Below are positions 7,827 to 15,819 of a stretch of 17,101 bases of DNA, piece by piece. The first letter of the stretch is position 1. Every line of letters begins with the position of its first letter. The notes below the pieces were generated by a model, which ran no database searches, was not told where the DNA came from, and saw only the letters and a list, made by a program, of their open reading frames with translations. The position numbers and the translations under genes are program-made. The DNA lies in contig JBBIPG010000049.1 in assembly GCA_037442925.1 (NCBI GenBank), positions 1 through 17,101 on the forward strand, read 5' to 3'. Origin of the DNA: Candidatus Fraserbacteria bacterium. GTDB taxonomy: Bacteria; Bipolaricaulota; Bipolaricaulia; RBG-16-55-9.

Positions 7827-9095
7827 ATGCTGCCATCACAAGTCGTGGGAGCTATACTGCTTGTTGGCTTGGGGTTGGCTGGAGGAGTGTTGCTCTGCCT
7901 CGCGGTGGGGCAAGCGTACTGGGCATCTACCGCATTACGTGTGCAGCAACAGTTGCAGCGAGGTAGCGATGCGAAGACGGTCAGTGGCCGACGCCTCTAC
8001 GGTCTAGCCGCCGTGTGGCTCGGATGCTCTGCTCTTGTAATCGGTGGAGAAGTCTTCGCGGTCAAGGCCGTGTGGGAGCGCTATTTCGCACCGCTCCCGT
8101 TGCACCGCGTGATCGCCTACGTATCAGACCAGAATGGCAGCAACGATATCTGGCTCATGGACGAGTACGGCCGCACGCGGGCGCTGACGTTCGATATGGC
8201 CAATGAGCGACAACCCCGCTGGTCGCCCGACGGCCAATGGCTCTTATTTTTGTCCGACCAAGCAGGCAATGATGACATTTTCGTCATGAATGCCGAGGGC
8301 ACTATGAAACAAGCACTCACACAGACCCCCGAAAGCGAGGATTGGATCTCCTGGTCGCCCGATGGCAAGGCCATCTTGTTCACACGAGGACGACTCACGG
8401 ACAATCAACTCTGCATTCTGAGCGTGGATATGATCCGTCAAGTGGCCACGGGCGAGAGCTGCATCTTCATAACAGAAGGGAAGATCAATAAACCCAGCTT
8501 CTCCTCGGATGGCAGGCAGATTGTGTTCAACTTGGGCCATGATGGCTGGTTTCGCCTCTGGATCGTGGGTAGCGATGGGACGGATGCTCACCCGCTCGAC
8601 TCCGCCGCACAGAGCGGGATTGCCTCTTGGTCGCCGGATGGGAAACGCATCATCTACCGGCGGGCCGCCGACTACAACAAACCTTCTGATTTACAGATCA
8701 TTTCTCCTGACGATGGAGCTCTGCGTCATGTGCGTCATATCGAGGCATCGCAAGTGCAAGCCAACTGGTCACCTGATGGTCAAAGACTTTACTTCACGAG
8801 CGATCCCAGCGATCCGCCGCTGGCTGACATGGGTCGATTGGGCATTGTAAGCGCCGATGGCTCCAAGTTGATCTGGCTCGACGACGGTGAGAACTGGGTC
8901 TACGGGCAAGCGCAATCCTGGCAGATTGAGAGTTGGGATGAACACAATAGAATCGTTTACTCTCACAAAGAGGACGGACAATACGATCTTTACTTAATCG
9001 GCTCCGACGGCTCCGATCGCACTCCATTGACAGACACACCCGCGAATGAATTCCACGCCGTCTTCCGCCCCGTGCTGCCGCTCAAGCAACGGTAA
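7827..9095 (+). CDS. Membrane-anchored TolB-like (PD40 repeat) beta-propeller protein
   Basis: Two N-terminal hydrophobic helices, then IAYVSDQNG..DIW, repeated WSPDG/FSSDG motifs and LTD/LTQ linkers; RBS GGAG before ATG 7827 (the 7599 start overlaps the CHAT gene). Confidence 0.88.
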   Translation: MLPSQVVGAILLVGLGLAGGVLLCLAVGQAYWASTALRVQQQLQRGSDAKTVSGRRLYGLAAVWLGCSALVIGGEVFAVKAVWERYFAPLPLHRVIAYVSDQNGSNDIWLMDEYGRTRALTFDMANERQPRWSPDGQWLLFLSDQAGNDDIFVMNAEGTMKQALTQTPESEDWISWSPDGKAILFTRGRLTDNQLCILSVDMIRQVATGESCIFITEGKINKPSFSSDGRQIVFNLGHDGWFRLWIVGSDGTDAHPLDSAAQSGIASWSPDGKRIIYRRAADYNKPSDLQIISPDDGALRHVRHIEASQVQANWSPDGQRLYFTSDPSDPPLADMGRLGIVSADGSKLIWLDDGENWVYGQAQSWQIESWDEHNRIVYSHKEDGQYDLYLIGSDGSDRTPLTDTPANEFHAVFRPVLPLKQR

Positions 9096-9098
9096 AGA

Positions 9099-9182
9099 AT
9101 CTGTCAACGGATCTAGAGCCGATTAACGGATCATGTAGCTTGCAGCCATCCGCTCACTGTTCTTCTCCATCCGTTGACAGAT
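9099..9182. repeat. Perfect 14-bp inverted repeat with internal repeated boxes
   Basis: ATCTGTCAACGGAT (9099-9112) / ATCCGTTGACAGAT (9169-9182); extra copies TTAACGGATC (9123-9132) and CATCCGCTCA (9147-9156). Confidence 0.85.
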
Positions 9183-9247
9183 CCCACCAGGTGTCAGGTT
9201 TCCCCCGAATTCGGCGGCAGTCTTATTTTGGGGAGGTACTCTCAACG

Positions 9248-10084
9248 ATGGCCCTAAAAATCCAGCTTTTCGGGGAGCTGCGCGTCTGGCGGGAGGGTGA
9301 AGAAAAGCCTGTCGAGAAACAGGAGTGGCTCGATCGCAAGTCCATACAGCTCTTTGTGATCTTGGTCAGCGAGCCGGGCCGTGTCTTCCACAAAGACGAG
9401 TTGATGGAGTGGCTTTGGCCGCGCTCCGATCCGACACAGGCCCAGACTTCCCTACGCAACCGCATCAGCCGCTTGCGCCGACTCTTGGAACCCAAACTGG
9501 CTAAGGGGATCAGGTCCCACTACATCAAGACTTGCCCCGGGGGCTATTGTTTCGAGCCCGAAGCAGAGTACGAGATCGATATCCTCTCTTTTGAGGCATC
9601 GTATCGAGAAGGGCGAGCCTCGGAGCAAGCAGAGCAGTGGCATGAGGCCATCGCCCACTACACACGCGCGGCAGCCCTCTACAAGGGTGATTATCTCAGC
9701 GAAGAGCGCTATGAAGCGTGGGTTCTAGCACGCCAAGAGCACTGGAAGCGTATCTATTTGGAAGTCCTCGTGCACCTGGCCGAGTGCTGGGCGCGGGTGG
9801 GGCTATATCGAGAGGCTGTGGAGCACGGTGAGCAAGCGATCGAGATTGCCCCCACATGGAGCGAGACGATGTATCGTCAATTGATCAGTTACTATGCCCA
9901 TCTAGGCGACCGTGCTGGGATGATGCGAACCTATGCGCGCCTCGAGCAGATGCTGGCTGAGTATTTCCACGCGGAGCCCTCGCCCCAGACGAAAGAGCTC
10001 ATTGAGAAGATAGTAGACACATGCTCTATTTCCCGAAGACTTCGAGCAGGATGCGCACGACGATCAATACCCAGCCCACGATGA
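9248..10084 (+). CDS. SARP-family transcriptional regulator (OmpR-type wHTH plus BTAD)
   Basis: LKIQLFGEL, DELMEWLWP, SLRNRISRLRRLL, GGYCF, ID...F, ALYKGDYL, EPSPQT; RBS GGAGGT before ATG 9248. Confidence 0.92.
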   Translation: MALKIQLFGELRVWREGEEKPVEKQEWLDRKSIQLFVILVSEPGRVFHKDELMEWLWPRSDPTQAQTSLRNRISRLRRLLEPKLAKGIRSHYIKTCPGGYCFEPEAEYEIDILSFEASYREGRASEQAEQWHEAIAHYTRAAALYKGDYLSEERYEAWVLARQEHWKRIYLEVLVHLAECWARVGLYREAVEHGEQAIEIAPTWSETMYRQLISYYAHLGDRAGMMRTYARLEQMLAEYFHAEPSPQTKELIEKIVDTCSISRRLRAGCARRSIPSPR

Positions 10085-10340
10085 CCACCAACCAGGCCAG
10101 CTTCTTAGCCACTTCTATCAGAATGAGAAAGAGCGTCAAGAGGATCAAGAATCCCAAGGGATCGACGAGATCTGTGGGCATCTGATAGCCGACGATGTAC
10201 TCAATGAGCCCTGTGATGAGTTGCCCCGCCCAGTGGGCCAACGTGTAGAGAAATGTCAGCAATTGATCGAAAAGCTCTCGCAGACGGCTCTCAGCCGGCG
10301 GTTCCTCCTGCGCGCCAAGCCAGATCCAGGTTGTGTACAT
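10026..10340 (-). CDS. Small integral membrane protein
   Basis: Two to three hydrophobic segments (DPLGFLILLTLFLILIEVAKKLAWLVVIVGWVLIVVRILL); overlaps the BTAD gene 3' end by 59 nt. Confidence 0.75.
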   Translation of the reverse strand: MYTTWIWLGAQEEPPAESRLRELFDQLLTFLYTLAHWAGQLITGLIEYIVGYQMPTDLVDPLGFLILLTLFLILIEVAKKLAWLVVIVGWVLIVVRILLEVFGK

Positions 10341-10547
10341 AATGGATTCACCGCACGAGTCCTATCATACTTTCTCGCTTGAGGTCAATTTGACCCCATA
10401 ACCGCAGACCCAAGTCCACTGACGACCCGAAGAGAGTCTCAACAAGAAGGGGCAGAACCGTCCTATGCTAGGACTGGGCTTCCTTCTTCTCGGATGATCT
10501 AGCCGTTACGCTGAGGGTACTTGCTAGACATTTAGCGTGAGAAGAGG

Positions 10548-10577
10548 GCGGGGGCACTCTCATGAGGAAGCCCCCGC
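10548..10577 (-). terminator. Probable intrinsic terminator after the M20 peptidase gene
   Basis: GCGGGGGC...GCCCCCGC stem immediately after the stop, followed by pyrimidine-rich CCTCTTCT on the minus strand. Confidence 0.6.
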
Positions 10578-11942
10578 TCACGCTTGCTCACCAAAGCGCT
10601 CCATCACCGCTGCAATCCATTTCGTGCCGGAAATCAAAACATCGATCCGTTGGTTCTCATTGGGGGCGTGAGTATTGCTGTACGCATGATTGCAGCCGAT
10701 AGCCACGGTGGGCAGCTTCAACACATGCGTGAAGAGATGCATCGGACCAGAACCTGCGGAGCTTACGTGCACGATGGGTTCGGAGCCAAAAACCTCATGG
10801 GCCGTGTCACAGGCGATGCGCGCGATTTCTGCGTCGAGCGGCGTGCGGGCCGCCGGGTTCTCCGCCTGAATGGTGAGCTCAATATCGCCAAAGCCGTGTT
10901 GCTTCAAGTGATCTCGTAAGAGCCGGGCGAGCTTTTCTGGGTCTTGATCCGGCACCAGACGAAAATCCATCTTGGCTTTGGCATAGGCGGGCAAGACGGT
11001 CTTATGGCCATCGCCGATGTAGCCAGAATAGAAACCTGCAATGTTCGCTGTGGGGTTTCCCGCCAAGGCCTTCTTCAGTCCCAGTCCCGACATGCCTGCG
11101 AGAAATCGAGTGATCCCAAGATCGCTCTTGAGTTGTTCTTCTTGCAGTGGCTCTTTCTCGAGGGCTTTTAGTTCCTCTGTGGTGAACTCACGCACGTCAT
11201 CGTACCAGCCGTTAATAGAGACTCTACCCTGGTCATCGCGGAGGGTGCCGATGGCTCGCAACAGTCGCCATGCCGGGTTCTCGACAATGGCCGCTCGGGC
11301 AGAGTGAGAGTCCTTTGCCAAGGTCTTCACGAAAAACTCCACATAGAGCATGCCCTTAAGCCCCAGCGTCACTGCCGGGATATCACCGTAGTCGAGCCCG
11401 CCGAACTCCCAGATAGCTCCATCTCCTTGAAGTTGAGCACGATGTTGGTGAACGAACTCTGCAAAATGGGGACTGCCGATCTCCTCCTCGCCTTCGACCA
11501 CAAACTTTACGTTGCAGGGGAGATCTCCCTTCACTGCTAAGAAGGCTTCTATGACAGCGAGGCGAGAGATGATGTTCGCTTTGTTATCGGCTGCACCGCG
11601 CGCGTAGACCTTCCCGTCTCTCACTTCGGCCGCCCAGGGATCGCTCTCCCACAGCTCCAAGGGCTCCGGCGGCTGAACGTCATAGTGGTTGTAGAAGACG
11701 AGTGTCTTTGTAGAAGACCGGCTTCTACGCTCACCGTAGACTACGGGCGGGCCTTCTTCGAGGGGCACAAGCTCCGCTTTGAGCCCAATCTCCTTCATAA
11801 GATCTTGTACCCGCTCGGCACACTCACGAAGCCCAACACCTTGGGCGGAGACGCTCGGTTGTTGACAGAGCCTTTGGAGGCGCTCTACCGTCTGACTCGC
11901 GTGGTCGTCAATATACTGATCTACATTCTTATCACGGATCAC
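10578..11942 (-). CDS. M20/M25/M40 family metallopeptidase (DapE/ArgE-like dipeptidase)
   Basis: YNHYDVQP, YARGAADNK, EGEEEIGSP, DSHS, DFRLVPDQDP, HAPNEN; GGAGGG RBS before GTG start. Confidence 0.95.
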   Translation of the reverse strand: MIRDKNVDQYIDDHASQTVERLQRLCQQPSVSAQGVGLRECAERVQDLMKEIGLKAELVPLEEGPPVVYGERRSRSSTKTLVFYNHYDVQPPEPLELWESDPWAAEVRDGKVYARGAADNKANIISRLAVIEAFLAVKGDLPCNVKFVVEGEEEIGSPHFAEFVHQHRAQLQGDGAIWEFGGLDYGDIPAVTLGLKGMLYVEFFVKTLAKDSHSARAAIVENPAWRLLRAIGTLRDDQGRVSINGWYDDVREFTTEELKALEKEPLQEEQLKSDLGITRFLAGMSGLGLKKALAGNPTANIAGFYSGYIGDGHKTVLPAYAKAKMDFRLVPDQDPEKLARLLRDHLKQHGFGDIELTIQAENPAARTPLDAEIARIACDTAHEVFGSEPIVHVSSAGSGPMHLFTHVLKLPTVAIGCNHAYSNTHAPNENQRIDVLISGTKWIAAVMERFGEQA

Positions 11943-12011
11943 AGCATCCCTCCCCTTTTATACTGGGGAGTATAGAGCGGGGAGGGATCTGCGGGCAAAC
12001 GGCATTGTGTA

Positions 12012-12797
12012 CTACTGGCCTTCTTTCTTGAGGATGTTCAGCTGGGATTTCAGCGTGAGGACCTCGGAGTTGCCATAGCCACCGGCATTGCAGCTGAGCA
12101 CACCGCTCATCCACGAGTTCTCGGCGTCCGGGGCCTGCAAGGTCTTGGCTTCATACAGGAGGACCTTGCTCTCTCCGGCCTTCATGCCGATCCAGACCCC
12201 CGATGGCTCATGAAGCAGATGAAACTGAGGGAACCAGATGTTGTCCTCCCAGGTGACGATTTGCACGTCCTGCTTGGCCTTGAGGGTGACTTGCACGGTG
12301 AATCTTTCCCCCACGCGGATCTTCTCCGGTAGGACGCGCTCGAACGAGCAGAGTTCGCCTTCTTCCACATCGCGCTGCACGTTCAGCTCAGGCTGGGGAG
12401 CCTCTTGAACGACAAGCTCGATCTTATCTCGGCCCTCTGCGCCCGTGGAGGTGATGACGCGCAGTCGAACCTGATATGTTCCTGGTCTCTCATAGCTGTG
12501 GGTGACATATTGTCCTTCATCACTGGTCGCATCCCCAAAATTCCAGCTGTAAATCATAACTTTCTCGTGGTCGGGGTCCGGCAAGGTGACTTCCGCGCGG
12601 AAGCGGAAGGTCATGGCTTGGGCTCCACCCTCCGGCTGAACATAGACGATCTGAGCTTTCACTTCCGATGTCGGGGGAGGTTGTCCGTTGCTGCCTGGGT
12701 CTGGTGTGGGAGTTAGGGGTTCCCAACCGCAACCTCCCAGAAGCAACATCAGGGGCACGATTCCTGCAATTCCCATCCAAGAGAAGATGCGTCTCAT
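12012..12797 (-). CDS. PKD-domain lipoprotein
   Basis: ATG 12797 with GGAGGG RBS; signal with lipobox LLLGGC; Pro-rich linker; YSWNFGD...HSYERPGTYQVRLRV PKD motif; second Ig-like domain (ERVLPEKIRVGERFTVQV). Confidence 0.88.
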   Translation of the reverse strand: MRRIFSWMGIAGIVPLMLLLGGCGWEPLTPTPDPGSNGQPPPTSEVKAQIVYVQPEGGAQAMTFRFRAEVTLPDPDHEKVMIYSWNFGDATSDEGQYVTHSYERPGTYQVRLRVITSTGAEGRDKIELVVQEAPQPELNVQRDVEEGELCSFERVLPEKIRVGERFTVQVTLKAKQDVQIVTWEDNIWFPQFHLLHEPSGVWIGMKAGESKVLLYEAKTLQAPDAENSWMSGVLSCNAGGYGNSEVLTLKSQLNILKKEGQ

Positions 12798-12973
12798 GTG
12801 GTATCCCTCCTCATAGACAGAGCATGACACGGCCTTCTCGACGTTATGACGTGATGGTACGGCAGAGATGCTCGTAGGGCGCGGGGGCATGCCTGGTTAA
12901 AAAGAGAATCTCAAGTTCACGGGGGAAGACGGCGCTCACTTGGAGGTGGGACGTACGTCCGGGCGCGTATCTC

Positions 12974-13049
12974 TGGTGGGCCCAGCAGGACTCGAACCTG
13001 CGACCTTCTGGTTAAAAGCCAGCTGCTCTACCACCTGAGCTATGGGCCC
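12974..13049 (-). tRNA. tRNA-Lys (anticodon UUU)
   Basis: GGGCCCATAGCTCAGGTGGTAGAGCAGCTGGCTTTTAACCAGAAGGTCGCAGGTTCGAGTCCTGCTGGGCCCACCA, 76 nt with encoded CCA. Confidence 0.98.
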
Positions 13050-13063
13050 GCAGACGCACCCTA

Positions 13064-13092
13064 AGCTTACTTAAAGAGCGTTGCAGCTTCAA
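13064..13092 (-). promoter_or_regulatory. Promoter of tRNA-Lys
   Basis: TTGAAG-N17-TAAGCT ending 14 nt upstream of the tRNA. Confidence 0.55.
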
Positions 13093-13104
13093 CACCGACG
13101 GTAC

Positions 13105-13400
13105 TTATTTATACTCCAGCGTTTCGCAATTGAATTCGGATTTGCCCCGCTCGCTGCCGTCCGGGTCGCCGTAGTGGCATCGATCTATCTCTTGATTCTG
13201 ATCATTTTTTAGGACAACCGTGTCTTCCCCGTTGTCCCCGATCTGCGTTCTGGCGCACCAGTAGAGCTGCGACATCGAACTTCACCGTGGACTTCGCATC
13301 GGCCTCCAGACCGTCGGTCCCATTGGAGATGAGCTCTCCGCCGAGGACGGTCACGTACGCCGGGTGGCTGCACTCGTTTGTGAATTCATAGTTTACTTGT
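13105..13400 (-). pseudogene. Decayed lamin-tail-domain-like gene remnant
   Basis: 13275-13105 reads MSQLYWCARTQIGDNGEDTVVLKNDQNQEIDRCHYGDPDG...; a shifted frame upstream reads NYEFTNECSHPAYVTVLGG; together they resemble the LTD pattern YxF...VTVxxG...LYW...NxGDTVxLxD...IDxxxY. Confidence 0.45.
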
Positions 13401-13490
13401 CCTCATCTCCTCCTGCAAACGGGCTGCGTTGAGAGCGGCTACCGGTTGACGTATCGAAGAGAATGGATTAAGCTCTACGCAGGAGAGCAT

Positions 13491-15182
13491 ATGGGATGCG
13501 GGGTTGTGGGAGTTCTGCCCTTTCGTGAGGGGGATACGCGTGAGGCTTTGGGGCTGACCATCGAGCTCCTCGAGGACTGCCGCAACCGCGGAGAAGACGG
13601 CACCGGGCTCTTGCTCTACGGCCACGGGCTCTTCCCTCAGCTCTTCCACTTGGAGAAGTGGTTCGGTTCGGCCTACGAGATCCCCAAGCACCTCTACGAG
13701 TTGAATTTGTCGCACCACCCAGAGGTTCTCCTCGGGCATACCCGCTACGCGACCCGTGGAGTCATCTCGGAAGAGAACATCCATCCCGTTTGGGCCAGCT
13801 ATTCCGCGCAAGGGCGCGACGTCAATCTCTTCTTGGTGATGAATGGAGAGCTCTCGTTCACCGAGCGGTGGATCCGCCAAGCGCAGGATGTGGGCATCAA
13901 CCTGCACGGCTCTACAACAGACACGACGGGTTGCGCAGGCAAGATGCTGGGCCTCTATCTGGACTTGCACGATTTGGGGGCTGCGCTCACAGAGTTCTAT
14001 AAGCAGGCATTCCCTTTTGGGGGCTTCACATTCTTGGGTCTTCTCATCGACAACGAAGACGCCTTCTTCTTCTACGTGCGAGATGGCATGCGCCCGCTGC
14101 ACGCGGCGCAACCGGAGGGCTTTTCGATCTTCGTCTCTGAGACCAAGCCTCTTACGAGTCTCGGCCTCAAGTATGATGAGATCGATGTCATCCCACCGGG
14201 CACGGTAGGCTTCTACTCGCTGGCCCAGAAGCGCTGGGAGCGACTCGACATGAATCGCATCTTGAAAGGTCGCGCCAGCCGCGGCGAGTGCTCGTTTGAA
14301 TACGCCTACTTTCAAGAGCCCAACTCCATCATGCACGGGCGGAGCATGGATGAGTTACGAACGGAATTTGGCAAGGCTGCTTGCAAAGAGCACCCGCCTC
14401 CAGATGATCATGAGGAGCATCGTATCATCGTCGCTCCCATCCCCAAGTCAGGCATCAGTGCCGCCTATGGCTACGCCGAACAGGCTCTTAGAGACGACAG
14501 AGACGTGCACCTCGGAGCGATCGTGCTGCGTCGCAGCGGAGCAGACACGCGCTCCTTCTTAGGGGAGGGGCGCTCTGAAATTGTCCGGCGCCTGAAGAGA
14601 AAGTTCGAGATCAACGTTCAAGAGGCCAAAGATGCCGTCGTGATCAATGTGGATGACAGCATCGTGCGCGGGAATGTCTCGGCGTGGATTGCCAAGATGG
14701 AGCGAGATGCCGGTGCGAGAGAAGTGCGCTTCGTCTCTGCCTGGCCGCCCATCATTGGACCTTGCTACGCAGGGATCGCCATCGATGTGGGCCAGCCTCT
14801 CGCAGAAATCGTTGCCGAATTCGACCCGCCAGAGCTCGTTGAAGATCACAGTCCTTTAGAGGAAAAACTCAAGGAAGGCTACGAGCATGAGGAATTCGGA
14901 GTGACTCAATTCGACGATGTCGGCTACGTCAGTCCTAAGGGCGTAACGGACATCCTCAAGAAGATCATCCCAGGAGATTTCTGCACGGGTTGTTTCTCTG
15001 GGCTGTACAACTACATCAACCCACTCAACATTGGGGGGAAACCCTACCGCTATGCGAAATGGCTGGATGAGTTTATCCGGCTCAACGGGGTAGAGATGCC
15101 CGAGATCAAGGAGGTTCCGGATGTACCTGCCGCAGTCATGCTCAAGGAGCAAGCAGGGACAGCGAATCGGAGTAAGAGCTAG
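13491..15182 (+). CDS. purF: Amidophosphoribosyltransferase-like protein (divergent PurF, 4Fe-4S type)
   Basis: MGCGVVG N-terminus, GHTRYAT, RDGMRPL, CSFEYAYF, PIPKSG, PRPP-binding VDDSIVRG, PCYAGI, FCTGCFSG; AGGAG RBS before ATG 13491. Confidence 0.85.
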   Translation: MGCGVVGVLPFREGDTREALGLTIELLEDCRNRGEDGTGLLLYGHGLFPQLFHLEKWFGSAYEIPKHLYELNLSHHPEVLLGHTRYATRGVISEENIHPVWASYSAQGRDVNLFLVMNGELSFTERWIRQAQDVGINLHGSTTDTTGCAGKMLGLYLDLHDLGAALTEFYKQAFPFGGFTFLGLLIDNEDAFFFYVRDGMRPLHAAQPEGFSIFVSETKPLTSLGLKYDEIDVIPPGTVGFYSLAQKRWERLDMNRILKGRASRGECSFEYAYFQEPNSIMHGRSMDELRTEFGKAACKEHPPPDDHEEHRIIVAPIPKSGISAAYGYAEQALRDDRDVHLGAIVLRRSGADTRSFLGEGRSEIVRRLKRKFEINVQEAKDAVVINVDDSIVRGNVSAWIAKMERDAGAREVRFVSAWPPIIGPCYAGIAIDVGQPLAEIVAEFDPPELVEDHSPLEEKLKEGYEHEEFGVTQFDDVGYVSPKGVTDILKKIIPGDFCTGCFSGLYNYINPLNIGGKPYRYAKWLDEFIRLNGVEMPEIKEVPDVPAAVMLKEQAGTANRSKS

Positions 15183-15651
15183 GCCCTCCTCGCTTTGGGC
15201 GGTGGCGGTCGCCCTGAGCATATTACTCATCAGTCTTGTGGGATCATCGCAGGAGACGTCGGCTCTTCTTCGGGTGGGAGCGGGTGTGGCCTTCGTGGGG
15301 GACGGCTTTACTCCTCTGGGGCGCGTGGTTGTCGATGTGCTGCCTCTTTTGTTTGTTACGGTATCGCTGGATGCTGAATACTGGCTTTTCTCGGTAGGCA
15401 GTCAGCAACTTCTGCCCTTTCTTACGGCGAACATGCCCTTGATCTTCCGCGCTACGGCGGGGATAGCACCCATCGTGACGATCTCTTCTCAGGGCATAGC
15501 GTTGGTGCCGCATACTCTCGCCGTAAAGGGAGGACTGGAAGTGCCTGTGGGTCCGCTGGGTATCTTTGGCGAGGCGCTCTTTTTGGTCTCTTCTCGAGAT
15601 GTGTATTCGGATGGATTCTACGTGGCAGTTGGGGTTACGTTAGGGTTCTAG
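15121..15651 (+). CDS. Exported protein, probable small outer-membrane beta-barrel
   Basis: Hydrophobic signal-like segment, alternating Gly/hydrophobic strands, C-terminal FYVAVGVTLGF with terminal Phe; AAGGAG before ATG 15121; exact start uncertain. Confidence 0.6.
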   Translation: MYLPQSCSRSKQGQRIGVRARPSSLWAVAVALSILLISLVGSSQETSALLRVGAGVAFVGDGFTPLGRVVVDVLPLLFVTVSLDAEYWLFSVGSQQLLPFLTANMPLIFRATAGIAPIVTISSQGIALVPHTLAVKGGLEVPVGPLGIFGEALFLVSSRDVYSDGFYVAVGVTLGF

Positions 15652-15729
15652 ATGCTTTTTCAGATTGGTTCAGAGAAGGGCGGATCTCAGGGGAATGGGG
15701 CGGAAGTCAATCGGCTTAAGGAACAGTAT

Positions 15730-15795
15730 TGCGGCATAACTCCCTCCTCGGGTATGTTATGCCGCATGTAGCGGTATAATCACTAGTTATGCGCC
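15730..15795 (+). repeat. Integron att-like recombination-site repeat cluster
   Basis: TGCGGCATAAC (15730-15740) / GTTATGCCGCA (15756-15766) perfect IR, then GTATAAT-CACTA-GTTATGC (15774-15792). Confidence 0.5.
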
Positions 15796-15819
15796 AAATA
15801 GAATCGAAAGGTGTTGTAA

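Noticed and set aside
9140..9247. Extended N-terminus of the BTAD ORF
   Set aside because: Runs through the inverted repeat; RBS GGAGGT and domain start support ATG 9248
12893..12902. CTGGTTAAAA matching the tRNA-Lys anticodon arm as an att-site duplication
   Set aside because: Only 10 bp, about 115 nt away, not the tRNA 3' end, and no integrase present
13386..14336. 316-aa minus-strand ORF
   Set aside because: Antisense shadow of the purF-like gene with no recognisable motifs
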